A program made the position numbers and the translations under genes. This document shows positions 11,146 through 19,245 of a DNA stretch of 32,000 nucleotides, in pieces (the first letter of the stretch is position 1; each line of letters starts with the position of its first letter). Origin of the DNA: Erysipelotrichaceae bacterium (GTDB taxonomy: Bacteria > Bacillota_I > Bacilli_A > Erysipelotrichales > Erysipelotrichaceae). The notes beneath the pieces are model-generated. The model was not told where the DNA came from. It searched no databases and saw only the letters and a list, made by a program, of their open reading frames with translations. Where the stretch lies: the NCBI GenBank assembly GCA_963676105.1, contig OY781039.1:1680001-1712000 (forward strand), written 5' to 3'.

Positions 11146-12638
11146 GATTGTGTACTTCCAATCGCGAGTAGATAAGCATCAACACTGGCTTCAACAATGT
11201 CACTACTTACGGCACGACCATAGTATTGTTTATTGTCAAATTCAATCGTAATATCCACTTTTGCGAGTGATTCAACGTCATCTGTCACTGTGGATAGTTG
11301 ATATGAATGTAGTGGATATTGTCCTTTATAGATCTTAGAAATGGCATTATATAAGGCATCAACAGAACCAACACCTTTACCTTTTTCAGAAATAATATCA
11401 CCATCAATATTTAAACTAATTTCAGCGACTGATGCATCGTTTTCACGTTTGGTAGAATATGAAATCACTTTTGTTTCAGTTGATGAATCAATCGAACCAT
11501 TAACGATAACGACTAAGTCTTTATCATGGATTTCTTTTTTAGTATCAGCGAGTTTTTTGAATTGTTCAAACATTTGATCAATTTTAGTATTGTCATAGCT
11601 AATCCCTAATTTATTAATACGATCAACAAAGGCGTGACGACCAGAGAGTGCACCTAAGACAATTTCGTTCTCAGGTAAACCAATTGATTGTGGACTCATG
11701 ATTTCATAAGTTTCACGGTTCGCAAGGACACCATGTTGATGAATACCTGATTCATGTGAGAAGGCGTTTGCGCCAACAATCGCTTTATTAGGTTGGCAAT
11801 TGACACCTGATAAATATTGAATTAATTGTGAGGTGTTATAGATTTGTTCAGTTGTAATGTTTGTATAAAGATCACTGTAGTAATCTTTACGTGTTTTAAT
11901 GGCCATTACACACTCTTCAAGCGCTGTATTACCAGCACGTTCACCAATACCGTTAATAGAACATTCGATTTGTGTCGCGCCTGCATGAACCGCTGCGAGT
12001 GAATTGGCAACAGCTAAACCTAAGTCATTATGACAATGAACAGAGATTTCAACGTTTTCAATCCCTTCAACATTTGCGAGTAGGTACTTCATTAAATCAG
12101 CATATTCTTCTGGGGTTGTATAACCTACGGTATCAGGCACATTAAGTACTGTTGCGCCAGCTTTAATGACTGCATTGAATATTTCAACTAAGAACTCAGG
12201 ATCACTGCGAGTCGCATCTTCTGCTGAGAATTCAACATCTTCACAGAAGGACTTCGCATAAGTCACAGCTTCAATCGCTTTTGCGAGCACTTGTTCCTTA
12301 TCCATTTTGAGTTTGAACTCCATATGGATAGGGGATGTCGCAATAAAGGTATGAATACGATGTTTAGGGGCAGCCTTTATCGCATCGTACGCTACTTCTA
12401 TATCTTTTTTAACAGCTCGAGCTAATGAACATAAAGTAGATGTTTTTAAAACTTTAGACATTTCTACTAAGGCTTCATAACTTTTGGGTGAGGCAATCGC
12501 AAAACCACCTTCAATGACATCAACACCTAGTTTTTCAAGTTGCAGTGCAATCTTGACTTTATCTTCGGTGGTAAAGTTAACACGCGGTGTCTGTTCACCA
12601 TCTCGAAGTGTTGTATCAAATAATTTAACTTGTCTCAT
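11142..12638 (-). CDS. leuA: 2-isopropylmalate synthase
   Basis: The 498 aa product has LFDTTLRDGEQTP, HCHNDLGLAVANSLAAV and a C-terminal LeuA dimer/regulatory domain. An ATGA overlap links it to cimA. Confidence 0.9.
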   Translation of the reverse strand: MRQVKLFDTTLRDGEQTPRVNFTTEDKVKIALQLEKLGVDVIEGGFAIASPKSYEALVEMSKVLKTSTLCSLARAVKKDIEVAYDAIKAAPKHRIHTFIATSPIHMEFKLKMDKEQVLAKAIEAVTYAKSFCEDVEFSAEDATRSDPEFLVEIFNAVIKAGATVLNVPDTVGYTTPEEYADLMKYLLANVEGIENVEISVHCHNDLGLAVANSLAAVHAGATQIECSINGIGERAGNTALEECVMAIKTRKDYYSDLYTNITTEQIYNTSQLIQYLSGVNCQPNKAIVGANAFSHESGIHQHGVLANRETYEIMSPQSIGLPENEIVLGALSGRHAFVDRINKLGISYDNTKIDQMFEQFKKLADTKKEIHDKDLVVIVNGSIDSSTETKVISYSTKRENDASVAEISLNIDGDIISEKGKGVGSVDALYNAISKIYKGQYPLHSYQLSTVTDDVESLAKVDITIEFDNKQYYGRAVSSDIVEASVDAYLLAIGSTQS

Positions 12639-12648
12639 ATAAACACTC

Positions 12649-13110
12649 CTATTTCAAAAATAAACTGCCAGATTTAACTAAAATCACTTTTCCTAAACTA
12701 TGTAGTTTTTCAATGGTCTTCTTAGTATTATCGATTGAATCGGTAATTTCTAAATAAATCCAATTGTGTTTCACACCTAAGAAGGTTGCATTAATATCAT
12801 TGAATTCTTTGGTATAAGAATCCACGCTTGTTTGAATACGAACTAAAGTATGTTGACGTCCCAGTTGAATATCTTCCGTCACATCAGCAACCTCAATGAT
12901 ATCAATCAGTTTTTTAAGCAGTTTAACCACATAAGCTACTTTTTCTTGATCATAGAAGAGTTCAATGAAGATTTCTCTCACATTTGGATCTTCAGTTTCA
13001 CAAGAAGTTAGGTTATGTACACTAATGTCTCTAGAAAAGAATAAAGCTGTAATACGATTAATCACACCAGCATGATCTTGACATCTAACAGATATAACAC
13101 GTTGTTCCAT
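12649..13110 (-). CDS. ilvN: Acetolactate synthase small (regulatory) subunit
   Basis: The 153 aa ACT-domain protein is encoded directly downstream of ilvB. Confidence 0.85.
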   Translation of the reverse strand: MEQRVISVRCQDHAGVINRITALFFSRDISVHNLTSCETEDPNVREIFIELFYDQEKVAYVVKLLKKLIDIIEVADVTEDIQLGRQHTLVRIQTSVDSYTKEFNDINATFLGVKHNWIYLEITDSIDNTKKTIEKLHSLGKVILVKSGSLFLK

Positions 13111-13112
13111 TT

Positions 13113-14789
13113 TTACTCTCCTCTCACATTATCTAAGGTATCAAATGGCGCAACCATTGGATAAACATTAGAAGCGGTATCGACATGAACTTCAATTAAA
13201 GCAGGTCCTTTTTGATTTAGAATCTTATCTAAACCTTCAACATCTGCATCTTTTTGAATGGAATAGAAAGGTATACGATAAGCTTCAGCTAGTTTTTCCC
13301 AAATTGGGGAATATTCATATAAGGTTTGTGAATAGTTTTCTTTGTAGAAAACTTCTTGCCACTGACGAACCATACCAAGTGTATTGTTGTCATAGATAAT
13401 AACTTTAATGTTAAGTTTATGAATATCAAGAAGTGGTAGTTCATTTAAAGTCATTTGGAATGAACCATCACCTGTAATCAAAATAATATTGTCATCGTCT
13501 TGACCAAAAGCTGCACCAATGGCTGCAGGTAGTCCATAACCCATGGTACCTAAACCACCACTTGAAACAAATTTACGTGTTTTCTTAGGGTGAAGATGTA
13601 AAGCTGCAAACATTTGATGTTGACCAACATCTGTAACGATTGTTGTATTCTCGTCAATACATTCATTGATTTTGCGAGATACTTTAATTGGATGAAGTTT
13701 AGCTTTAGGATTTGAATTGAGTTCTTTTTCCTGTGCTTTAGCTTCAGCTTTCCACTCTGCAAATTTTGTATTAGTAATCTCAGCTTTTCTAAGCATGAGT
13801 TTCTTTAAGAAATCTTCAGAATCTGAGTTAATGCATAAGGTTGATTTAACATTCTTATTATGTTCTGAAGCATCAATATCAACATGGATAATTTCTTTCG
13901 CATTTGGTAAGAAACCATCAACTTTACAAGTAATACGATCATCAAAGCGTGAACCGATGTTTAATAGAAGATCACAGTTTTGAGTTGCGTAGTTAGCTGC
14001 GAAAGTACCATGCATACCAAGCATACCTAAATAGTTATCGTGGCCAGCAGGGAAAGCACCTTTACCATGTAGAGTAGAAGTCACTAAAATATCTGTGCCA
14101 TCAATCACATCAAATAAATAATCAGCCGCATGTAAAGGAATGGTTACACCATTACCAATAAGAACTAAAGGTTTCTTTGCCTTATTTAATGCTGCAATAA
14201 CAGCTGTTACTTCATCTTGATCAGCGGTTGGTAAAACAAATTTATCTTGGATGTGTTTTTCAACTTCAACTTCACGAAGAATATCATCGGATACTTCTTG
14301 TGCGAAAACATCTTTTGTTAAGTCAATTAAAACTGGTCCAGGACGACCGCCTTGCGCAATTAAGAAAGCTTCTTCAACGACTTGTGGAATTAAAGTCGCA
14401 TCCTTAATTAAATAATTGTGTTTAGTCACAGGTTGACTTAAGCCCACGGTATTAATTTCTTGGAAAGCATCACGACCTAAAACGGATTGATCAACTTGTC
14501 CTGTAATCGCAATCATAGGAACACTGTCTAAGTGAGCATTGCCTAAACCTGTAATCAGGTTAGCAGCACCAGGTCCACTTGTTCCTATACACACACCGAC
14601 TTTTCCAGTAACACGAGCATAGGCATCAGCCGCATGAGCTGCACCTTGTTCGTGACGTGTAAGGACATGGTGAATTGGGCTTTCTTCGATTTCGTCATAG
14701 AGTTTAATGACGGCACCACCTGGAATACCAAAGATGGTTTCAACGCCTTTTTTCTCTAAACATTCTAGTAATAATTGTGCACCATTCAT
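13113..14789 (-). CDS. ilvB: Acetolactate synthase large subunit (biosynthetic, ThDP-dependent)
   Basis: The 558 aa product has ThDP-enzyme motifs (GGLGTMGYGLPAAIGA, GDGSFQM). An AGGTGA RBS lies upstream, and the gene is paired with ilvN. Confidence 0.92.
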   Translation of the reverse strand: MNGAQLLLECLEKKGVETIFGIPGGAVIKLYDEIEESPIHHVLTRHEQGAAHAADAYARVTGKVGVCIGTSGPGAANLITGLGNAHLDSVPMIAITGQVDQSVLGRDAFQEINTVGLSQPVTKHNYLIKDATLIPQVVEEAFLIAQGGRPGPVLIDLTKDVFAQEVSDDILREVEVEKHIQDKFVLPTADQDEVTAVIAALNKAKKPLVLIGNGVTIPLHAADYLFDVIDGTDILVTSTLHGKGAFPAGHDNYLGMLGMHGTFAANYATQNCDLLLNIGSRFDDRITCKVDGFLPNAKEIIHVDIDASEHNKNVKSTLCINSDSEDFLKKLMLRKAEITNTKFAEWKAEAKAQEKELNSNPKAKLHPIKVSRKINECIDENTTIVTDVGQHQMFAALHLHPKKTRKFVSSGGLGTMGYGLPAAIGAAFGQDDDNIILITGDGSFQMTLNELPLLDIHKLNIKVIIYDNNTLGMVRQWQEVFYKENYSQTLYEYSPIWEKLAEAYRIPFYSIQKDADVEGLDKILNQKGPALIEVHVDTASNVYPMVAPFDTLDNVRGE

Positions 14790-14830
14790 TTTTAATCACC
14801 TATCCTATATTTAATATAATGTTATCAATG

Positions 14831-14839
14831 AGTATATCA
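14831..14839 (-). promoter_or_regulatory. Candidate extended -10 (TGaTATACT) for the ilv-leu operon
   Basis: This is the only good sigma-A-like -10 seen within about 100 nt upstream of ilvB on the minus strand. It implies a leader of only about 30-35 nt. No convincing -35 was found. Confidence 0.3.
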
Positions 14840-14869
14840 TAAATCAAAGTATACAGTGTAAATTTTTTT

Positions 14870-14891
14870 CATATTGTTTACATATTGTTTC
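14870..14891. repeat. Tandem 11-bp direct repeat, CATATTGTTTA / CATATTGTTTC
   Basis: Two adjacent units are identical at 10 of 11 positions, with one helical turn of spacing. They lie about 30-55 bp upstream of the candidate ilvB -10. Confidence 0.6.
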
Positions 14892-15042
14892 ATTCTTTTC
14901 ATGTATATTTTAATATTCGTTTTAACGGCATTTTAAATAAAATATATTTCCTTTTTAGGGAACCTATATAAAATTGTATAAATATCATAAACCTTATTAG
15001 TAACTTTGTTAAATTAAGCTATTTAGTAACTGTTTGTTTTTT

Positions 15043-15057
15043 AATTATGAGAAAATT
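15043..15057. promoter_or_regulatory. CodY-box-like sequence AATTATGAGAAAATT
   Basis: It matches 13 of 15 positions of the Firmicute CodY consensus AATTTTCWGAAAATT. An overlapping 11/15 match lies at 15054-15068. The site is 44 bp upstream of the 15101 ORF and about 250 bp from the ilvB start. Confidence 0.25.
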
Positions 15058-15100
15058 TTCAGTTTGTTTTCATTTTAGATTAAGGTGAGTCCTTTAAATT

Positions 15101-15805
15101 ATGCTTATGAAAAATATGAAGAAGGTTAATCATCCACTATCACAAATGACTAAAAACAAAGATTTTAAAAATAAGATCATATTATTTGTTTCATTAATAA
15201 TCATATCCATTTTATTTTATGTTGTAAGTCAACAATTTAACCTACCCCTAGTTAAAGAATACGTTGCAAAACAAGGAATCCTTGGAATGTTTATATACAT
15301 CCTTCTTCAAGTTTTTCAGATTGTTGTTGCGTTAGTGCCAGGTGAGCCAATACAAATTTTTGGAGGATTCTTATATGGCAATTTACTAGGTTTTATATTA
15401 TCAACGATTGGGATTATGTTTGGATCTGTTATCGCATTCTACTTAGCAAGAAAATTAGGTCTTCCATTAGTAAAAATATTTGTAAAAGAAGAACTATTAA
15501 TAAAAGTTCAAAATAAATTAGAAACAAATAGTGCTAGCGCTATCCTATTTCTACTTTTTTTGTTCCCAGGGTTACCAAAAGATGTACTCGTATATGCCTT
15601 AGGATTATCTAACATAAGATTTAACAGATTCTTTATTATTTATTTCGTTGCGAGAATACCTGGAATGTTTGTAGCTAATTATATTGGAGCACAAGCATTA
15701 CACATTACAACAGCACAAGTACTTGGGCTAAGTGTTCTATTAATTCCAATATTAGCGCTAATTTATTGGCAAAGAAAACCGCTACAAGCATTACTTAGTT
15801 TATAA
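15101..15805 (+). CDS. TVP38/TMEM64 (DedA-superfamily, SNARE-associated) membrane protein
   Basis: The 234 aa polytopic membrane protein has a VALVPGEPIQIFGG..G motif and a later PGLPKD motif typical of the family. The start is ambiguous (ATG at 15101, 15107 or 15116). Confidence 0.7.
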   Translation: MLMKNMKKVNHPLSQMTKNKDFKNKIILFVSLIIISILFYVVSQQFNLPLVKEYVAKQGILGMFIYILLQVFQIVVALVPGEPIQIFGGFLYGNLLGFILSTIGIMFGSVIAFYLARKLGLPLVKIFVKEELLIKVQNKLETNSASAILFLLFLFPGLPKDVLVYALGLSNIRFNRFFIIYFVARIPGMFVANYIGAQALHITTAQVLGLSVLLIPILALIYWQRKPLQALLSL

Positions 15806-15819
15806 ACAAGGAGAAAGCT

Positions 15820-16542
15820 ATGTTAATTATTAATAACTTAACGAAACAATATGGAAAATTCACTGCTCTAGACAATCTAAATTTAACTGTAAAAGAAGGA
15901 TCGATTTTTGGTTTTCTTGGCCATAATGGTGCTGGGAAAACTACAACTATTTCAATTTTAACTACACTTATTCATCCTACATCTGGTGGCGCGTTTATCG
16001 GTGGACATGATGTTGTTAACAACAATCTTAAAGTGAGAGACTTAATTGGTTACTTACCAGAAAACGTTAATTTGTATGGGGATTTAACCGCAGTTGAGAA
16101 TTTGAGATTCTTTGGCAAACTTTCAAAAATAGATAACTTGGAAGAGCGAATTACAGAAACATTAGATTTATTAGGTATTCAAGATTACCAACATCGTAAA
16201 TTACGAACTTATTCAAAAGGTATGAGACAAAGGATTGGTATAGCACAGGCTATTCTTCATAGACCTAAAATATTATTTCTTGATGAACCAACTTCTGGAT
16301 TAGATCCACAAGGAACTAAAGAATTAATGAATATATTAGTTTTATTAAATAAGAAATTTAACACAACAATTTTTATGAATACACATCTATTATCTGAAGT
16401 AGTAAAGGTGTGTACAGATATCGCAATTATTAAAAGTGGCAAACTAATTATCTCGGATTCACTCGAAAATGTATTACAGCAATTCCCACAAGAAAAATCG
16501 CTTGAGGATATTTACTTCAAGTTAGATAACAAAGACGCATGA
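15820..16542 (+). CDS. ABC transporter ATP-binding protein (ABC-2/NosF-like subclass)
   Basis: The product has Walker A GHNGAGKTT, signature YSKGMRQRIGIA, Walker B ILFLDEPTSGLD and an H-loop NTH. A GGAGAA RBS lies upstream. Confidence 0.92.
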   Translation: MLIINNLTKQYGKFTALDNLNLTVKEGSIFGFLGHNGAGKTTTISILTTLIHPTSGGAFIGGHDVVNNNLKVRDLIGYLPENVNLYGDLTAVENLRFFGKLSKIDNLEERITETLDLLGIQDYQHRKLRTYSKGMRQRIGIAQAILHRPKILFLDEPTSGLDPQGTKELMNILVLLNKKFNTTIFMNTHLLSEVVKVCTDIAIIKSGKLIISDSLENVLQQFPQEKSLEDIYFKLDNKDA

Positions 16543-17465
16543 GTATGATTAAAACAATTGCGTTTAAAGAAGTTAAATCAGCTTTTAGAAACTCTAGTTT
16601 CTTAATGATTACAACACTTTTTGTTTTATTATCAATTATTTCTGTTTATATAGGGACTAGTACAAAAAACGCCGTTTTAATGGCATTTAATGATAGTTAC
16701 AATCTCTTAGTGTCACAAGGTGCAACAAGCTTGCCGATTAAGCCTCAATTATATCCCTTATCAATATTAAGTAATATTGTGACTTATATAAATATGTTAG
16801 GTGCAGTTGTATCAATATACCTTGGTTATGAAATGATTAGTGGTGAAAAAAGCAATGGAACCTATAAATTAATATCAGTAAAACCGCTTTATAAAGACCA
16901 AATTATCAGTGGGAAAATACTGGGTGGATCAATTGTTTTACTTATATTATTAAGTATTATATTAGTCTTCAATTTAATCTTGTTTATGTTTATTACTTCA
17001 AGTGCACTAAGTATAGCTGAAACAATAAAATTGGGTCTTTATTTCTTGTTAGCTTTTACCTATCTGTTCTTTTTCTTTATTTTAGCTTTATATACCTCAA
17101 TTAAGTTTAAAGATAGTGAATATGGATTTCTACTACTGATGATTATTTGGATGATAGTATCATTTGTTATACCAGAACTTGCAAATACGCAAAAGAACTT
17201 TAGTTATGCAGTAAATGTGGCTACTCAATCGCTTTCAGCAATTCCTACGGATACAGCTTTATCTAATTTAATTAATCTCATTTCACCTGCAACTCAACTT
17301 CAATTATTAGGTGAAAACCTATTACAAGTTGTTCCAAATAGTGCTCTAGATTCAGCTATTAATATCTTGATAAATCATAGTATGTCCATAGTTATGATTA
17401 TTAGTCCAGCCTTTATCTTTACAGCATTAACTTATTTAAGTATTCAAAAAGAGGAGGATGCATGA
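16539..17465 (+). CDS. ABC-2 type permease, paralog 1 (NosY/GldF-like)
   Basis: The 308 aa product has about six TM segments and a large loop after TM1. It carries the motif SGEKSNGTYKLISVKPLYKDQIISGKILGG, typical of NosY-like ABC-2 permeases. An ATGA overlap links it to the ATPase gene. Confidence 0.7.
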   Translation: MSMIKTIAFKEVKSAFRNSSFLMITTLFVLLSIISVYIGTSTKNAVLMAFNDSYNLLVSQGATSLPIKPQLYPLSILSNIVTYINMLGAVVSIYLGYEMISGEKSNGTYKLISVKPLYKDQIISGKILGGSIVLLILLSIILVFNLILFMFITSSALSIAETIKLGLYFLLAFTYLFFFFILALYTSIKFKDSEYGFLLLMIIWMIVSFVIPELANTQKNFSYAVNVATQSLSAIPTDTALSNLINLISPATQLQLLGENLLQVVPNSALDSAINILINHSMSIVMIISPAFIFTALTYLSIQKEEDA

Positions 17466-18256
17466 AAAAGGTTGCATTTATATCAATATTGTTGATTGCA
17501 TTTATGACAAGTATTATTAATGTTTTTGCGAATGACTCAATCAGCCAACAAATCAATGTCAGTTTAAATCAACAAGCATCAACATCATTTAACTTAATGA
17601 ATACTGATTCAAAATCACATCAATACTCATTAGATTTCAAATCAATAAACAATCAGTATGAATCGTATTTTGATTCAAATAAGCAAATAGTTAAGCAAAT
17701 TGATTTAAATCAAAATGAAAGTCTAAATCTAAATCTAAATCTAACTATGATTAATCAAATACAAAACTATGATCATGCCAAGATTATTGTGACTCGTGAT
17801 GATGGTCAAGTTATAGAATATCCTATAACTATTAATGTTCAAGAAGACTATGTTATGAGTGTATCAAGTAATTTGAGTCAGATTGATGCGACAAGTGGTT
17901 CTGGTTTCGATGTTTCAATTTCAATATTTAACCAGGGATCACAAACACTTAATAATATTCAAGTTGTTGCAGATCTTCCATCAAAGTGGACTTCAACGCA
18001 GACCTCAAATGTTTTGTATTCACTTAGTCCTAACGAAAGTTCAATCTTAAGCATGCATATCAATATTGATAACGCCCAATCTTCAGGGCTTGTGAATATT
18101 AATTTGCAAGCCATCAGTGATCAAATCTCAAGTGAGCAAACATCACTTGATGTTAATGTAAAAACTAATCTGAATTTATCAGTTTGGATGTTTGGCTTAT
18201 TAGCTGTGATTTCAACTTTTGTCCTAATTCAATTTAGACGTTTTGGAAGAAGGTGA
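17462..18256 (+). CDS. Secreted, C-terminally membrane-anchored surface protein with a NEW3/CARDB-like beta-sandwich domain
   Basis: The product has a signal peptide (cleavage near VFA/ND) and an Asn/Ser/Gln-rich body. The pattern GSGFDVSISIFNQGSQTLNNIQVVADLPSKW...LSPNESS...INIDNAQSSG resembles NEW3/CARDB domains. It ends in a C-terminal TM helix plus an RRFGRR tail and has no LPXTG motif. Confidence 0.55.
   Translation: MKKVAFISILLIAFMTSIINVFANDSISQQINVSLNQQASTSFNLMNTDSKSHQYSLDFKSINNQYESYFDSNKQIVKQIDLNQNESLNLNLNLTMINQIQNYDHAKIIVTRDDGQVIEYPITINVQEDYVMSVSSNLSQIDATSGSGFDVSISIFNQGSQTLNNIQVVADLPSKWTSTQTSNVLYSLSPNESSILSMHINIDNAQSSGLVNINLQAISDQISSEQTSLDVNVKTNLNLSVWMFGLLAVISTFVLIQFRRFGRR
17723..17746 (+). 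repeat. In-frame hexanucleotide microsatellite (CTAAAT)x3 + CTAACT
   Basis: The DNA reads ctaaatctaaatctaaatctaact and encodes LNLNLNLT inside the surface-protein gene. Confidence 0.85.
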
Positions 18257-18263
18257 TTAGATA

Positions 18264-19232
18264 ATGTTCAATATTGCGAAAAAAGAAATTCATGATATTC
18301 TTAAAAATAAATTATTTCTAGGATCGTTAATCTTATTATTTGTTTTAACTTTTGTATCGGTCATTCTGGGGTCATTACAAGTCAAAATACAGTTAGATAG
18401 TTATCACTCATCGATTGCATTCTTACAGTCACTTGGGAAAACTAATCTACCTAGTCCACCCAATTTAAATCCACTATCTTCCTCAAAAGATTTTGTGAAT
18501 TACATCGGTATGATAGGTGCGCTACTGGCTATTATATTAGGTAATACTAGTATCACTAAAGAATACAAAGCTAAGACAATGAGTCTAATTTTATCGAAAC
18601 AAGTTACCCGAGATCAATTCTTGATGGGAAAGCTGATGGGAAATGCATTTATTCTGTTTGCGATTACCCTGAGCAATTTAATGATAACTTTAATTTCATT
18701 AGTGTTGATTACAGGTGTGGGTTTATCTTTGGATGATTTATTGCGATTAATACTATTCTTTTCAATGGCTTTGTTATATATGCTATTCTTTACGATCTTA
18801 AGTATGAGCTTTGCAGCTCTTTGGAAGAAAGGTAGTAAATCTTTGCTCGCAACCATTGTTATATGGTTATTACTTGCATTTGTGTTTCCACAAATTGGAG
18901 ACACTATGGATATGGATAACCAACTTCCTGGAGGATTCTTTAGTGCAATGGGTTTAGATAAATCTCAAGAAACACAAGTTTTATCTCAATTTACCTATTA
19001 CGAAACAATCCGTGATTCTATTGAAGAATTATCCCCAACCAAACATTTTGAGAGAATTAGTTTTGCCTTATTAAATGTTAAACCAGGTTTTGATACAAAC
19101 ACAGCCATTGAAGTTGTAGGTATTAAGTGGATCAATTTAATGGGTTTAACTTTACCAAGTATAACGATTTATATAGTTACATTGCTCGCTTTCTTAAAAC
19201 GAGAAACCCTCTTTCAATCATATGAAAACTAA
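18264..19232 (+). CDS. ABC-2 type permease, paralog 2 (NosY/GldF-like)
   Basis: The 322 aa product has the same topology as paralog 1 and the same motif (ITKEYKAKTMSLILSKQVTRDQFLMGKLMG). Confidence 0.65.
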   Translation: MFNIAKKEIHDILKNKLFLGSLILLFVLTFVSVILGSLQVKIQLDSYHSSIAFLQSLGKTNLPSPPNLNPLSSSKDFVNYIGMIGALLAIILGNTSITKEYKAKTMSLILSKQVTRDQFLMGKLMGNAFILFAITLSNLMITLISLVLITGVGLSLDDLLRLILFFSMALLYMLFFTILSMSFAALWKKGSKSLLATIVIWLLLAFVFPQIGDTMDMDNQLPGGFFSAMGLDKSQETQVLSQFTYYETIRDSIEELSPTKHFERISFALLNVKPGFDTNTAIEVVGIKWINLMGLTLPSITIYIVTLLAFLKRETLFQSYEN

Positions 19233-19245
19233 AAGGAGTTAAAAC

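Noticed and set aside
4715-13983. Plus- and minus-strand track ORFs of 65-98 aa inside the ilv/leu genes (4715..4927, 4937..5137, 5691..5888, 6797..7093, 7741..7962, 7847..8053, 10055..10282, 11341..11577, 13550..13762, 13717..13983)
   Set aside because: All lie wholly within strongly supported enzyme genes, either antisense or out of frame. Their composition is low-complexity or mirror-codon in character, with no RBS and no recognisable motifs.
14837-14902. A 21-codon minus-strand mini-ORF (MKRMKQYVNNMKKIYTVYFDL) as a possible ilv leader peptide
   Set aside because: It has no SD and is not enriched in Ile/Leu/Val codons. No downstream alternative hairpins exist, and it overlaps the candidate promoter itself.
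14790-15100. A T-box riboswitch or leucine attenuator upstream of ilvB
   Set aside because: There is no GGGTGGTACC-like T-box core, specifier-loop architecture or GC-containing terminator hairpin on either strand. The region is nearly devoid of G/C.
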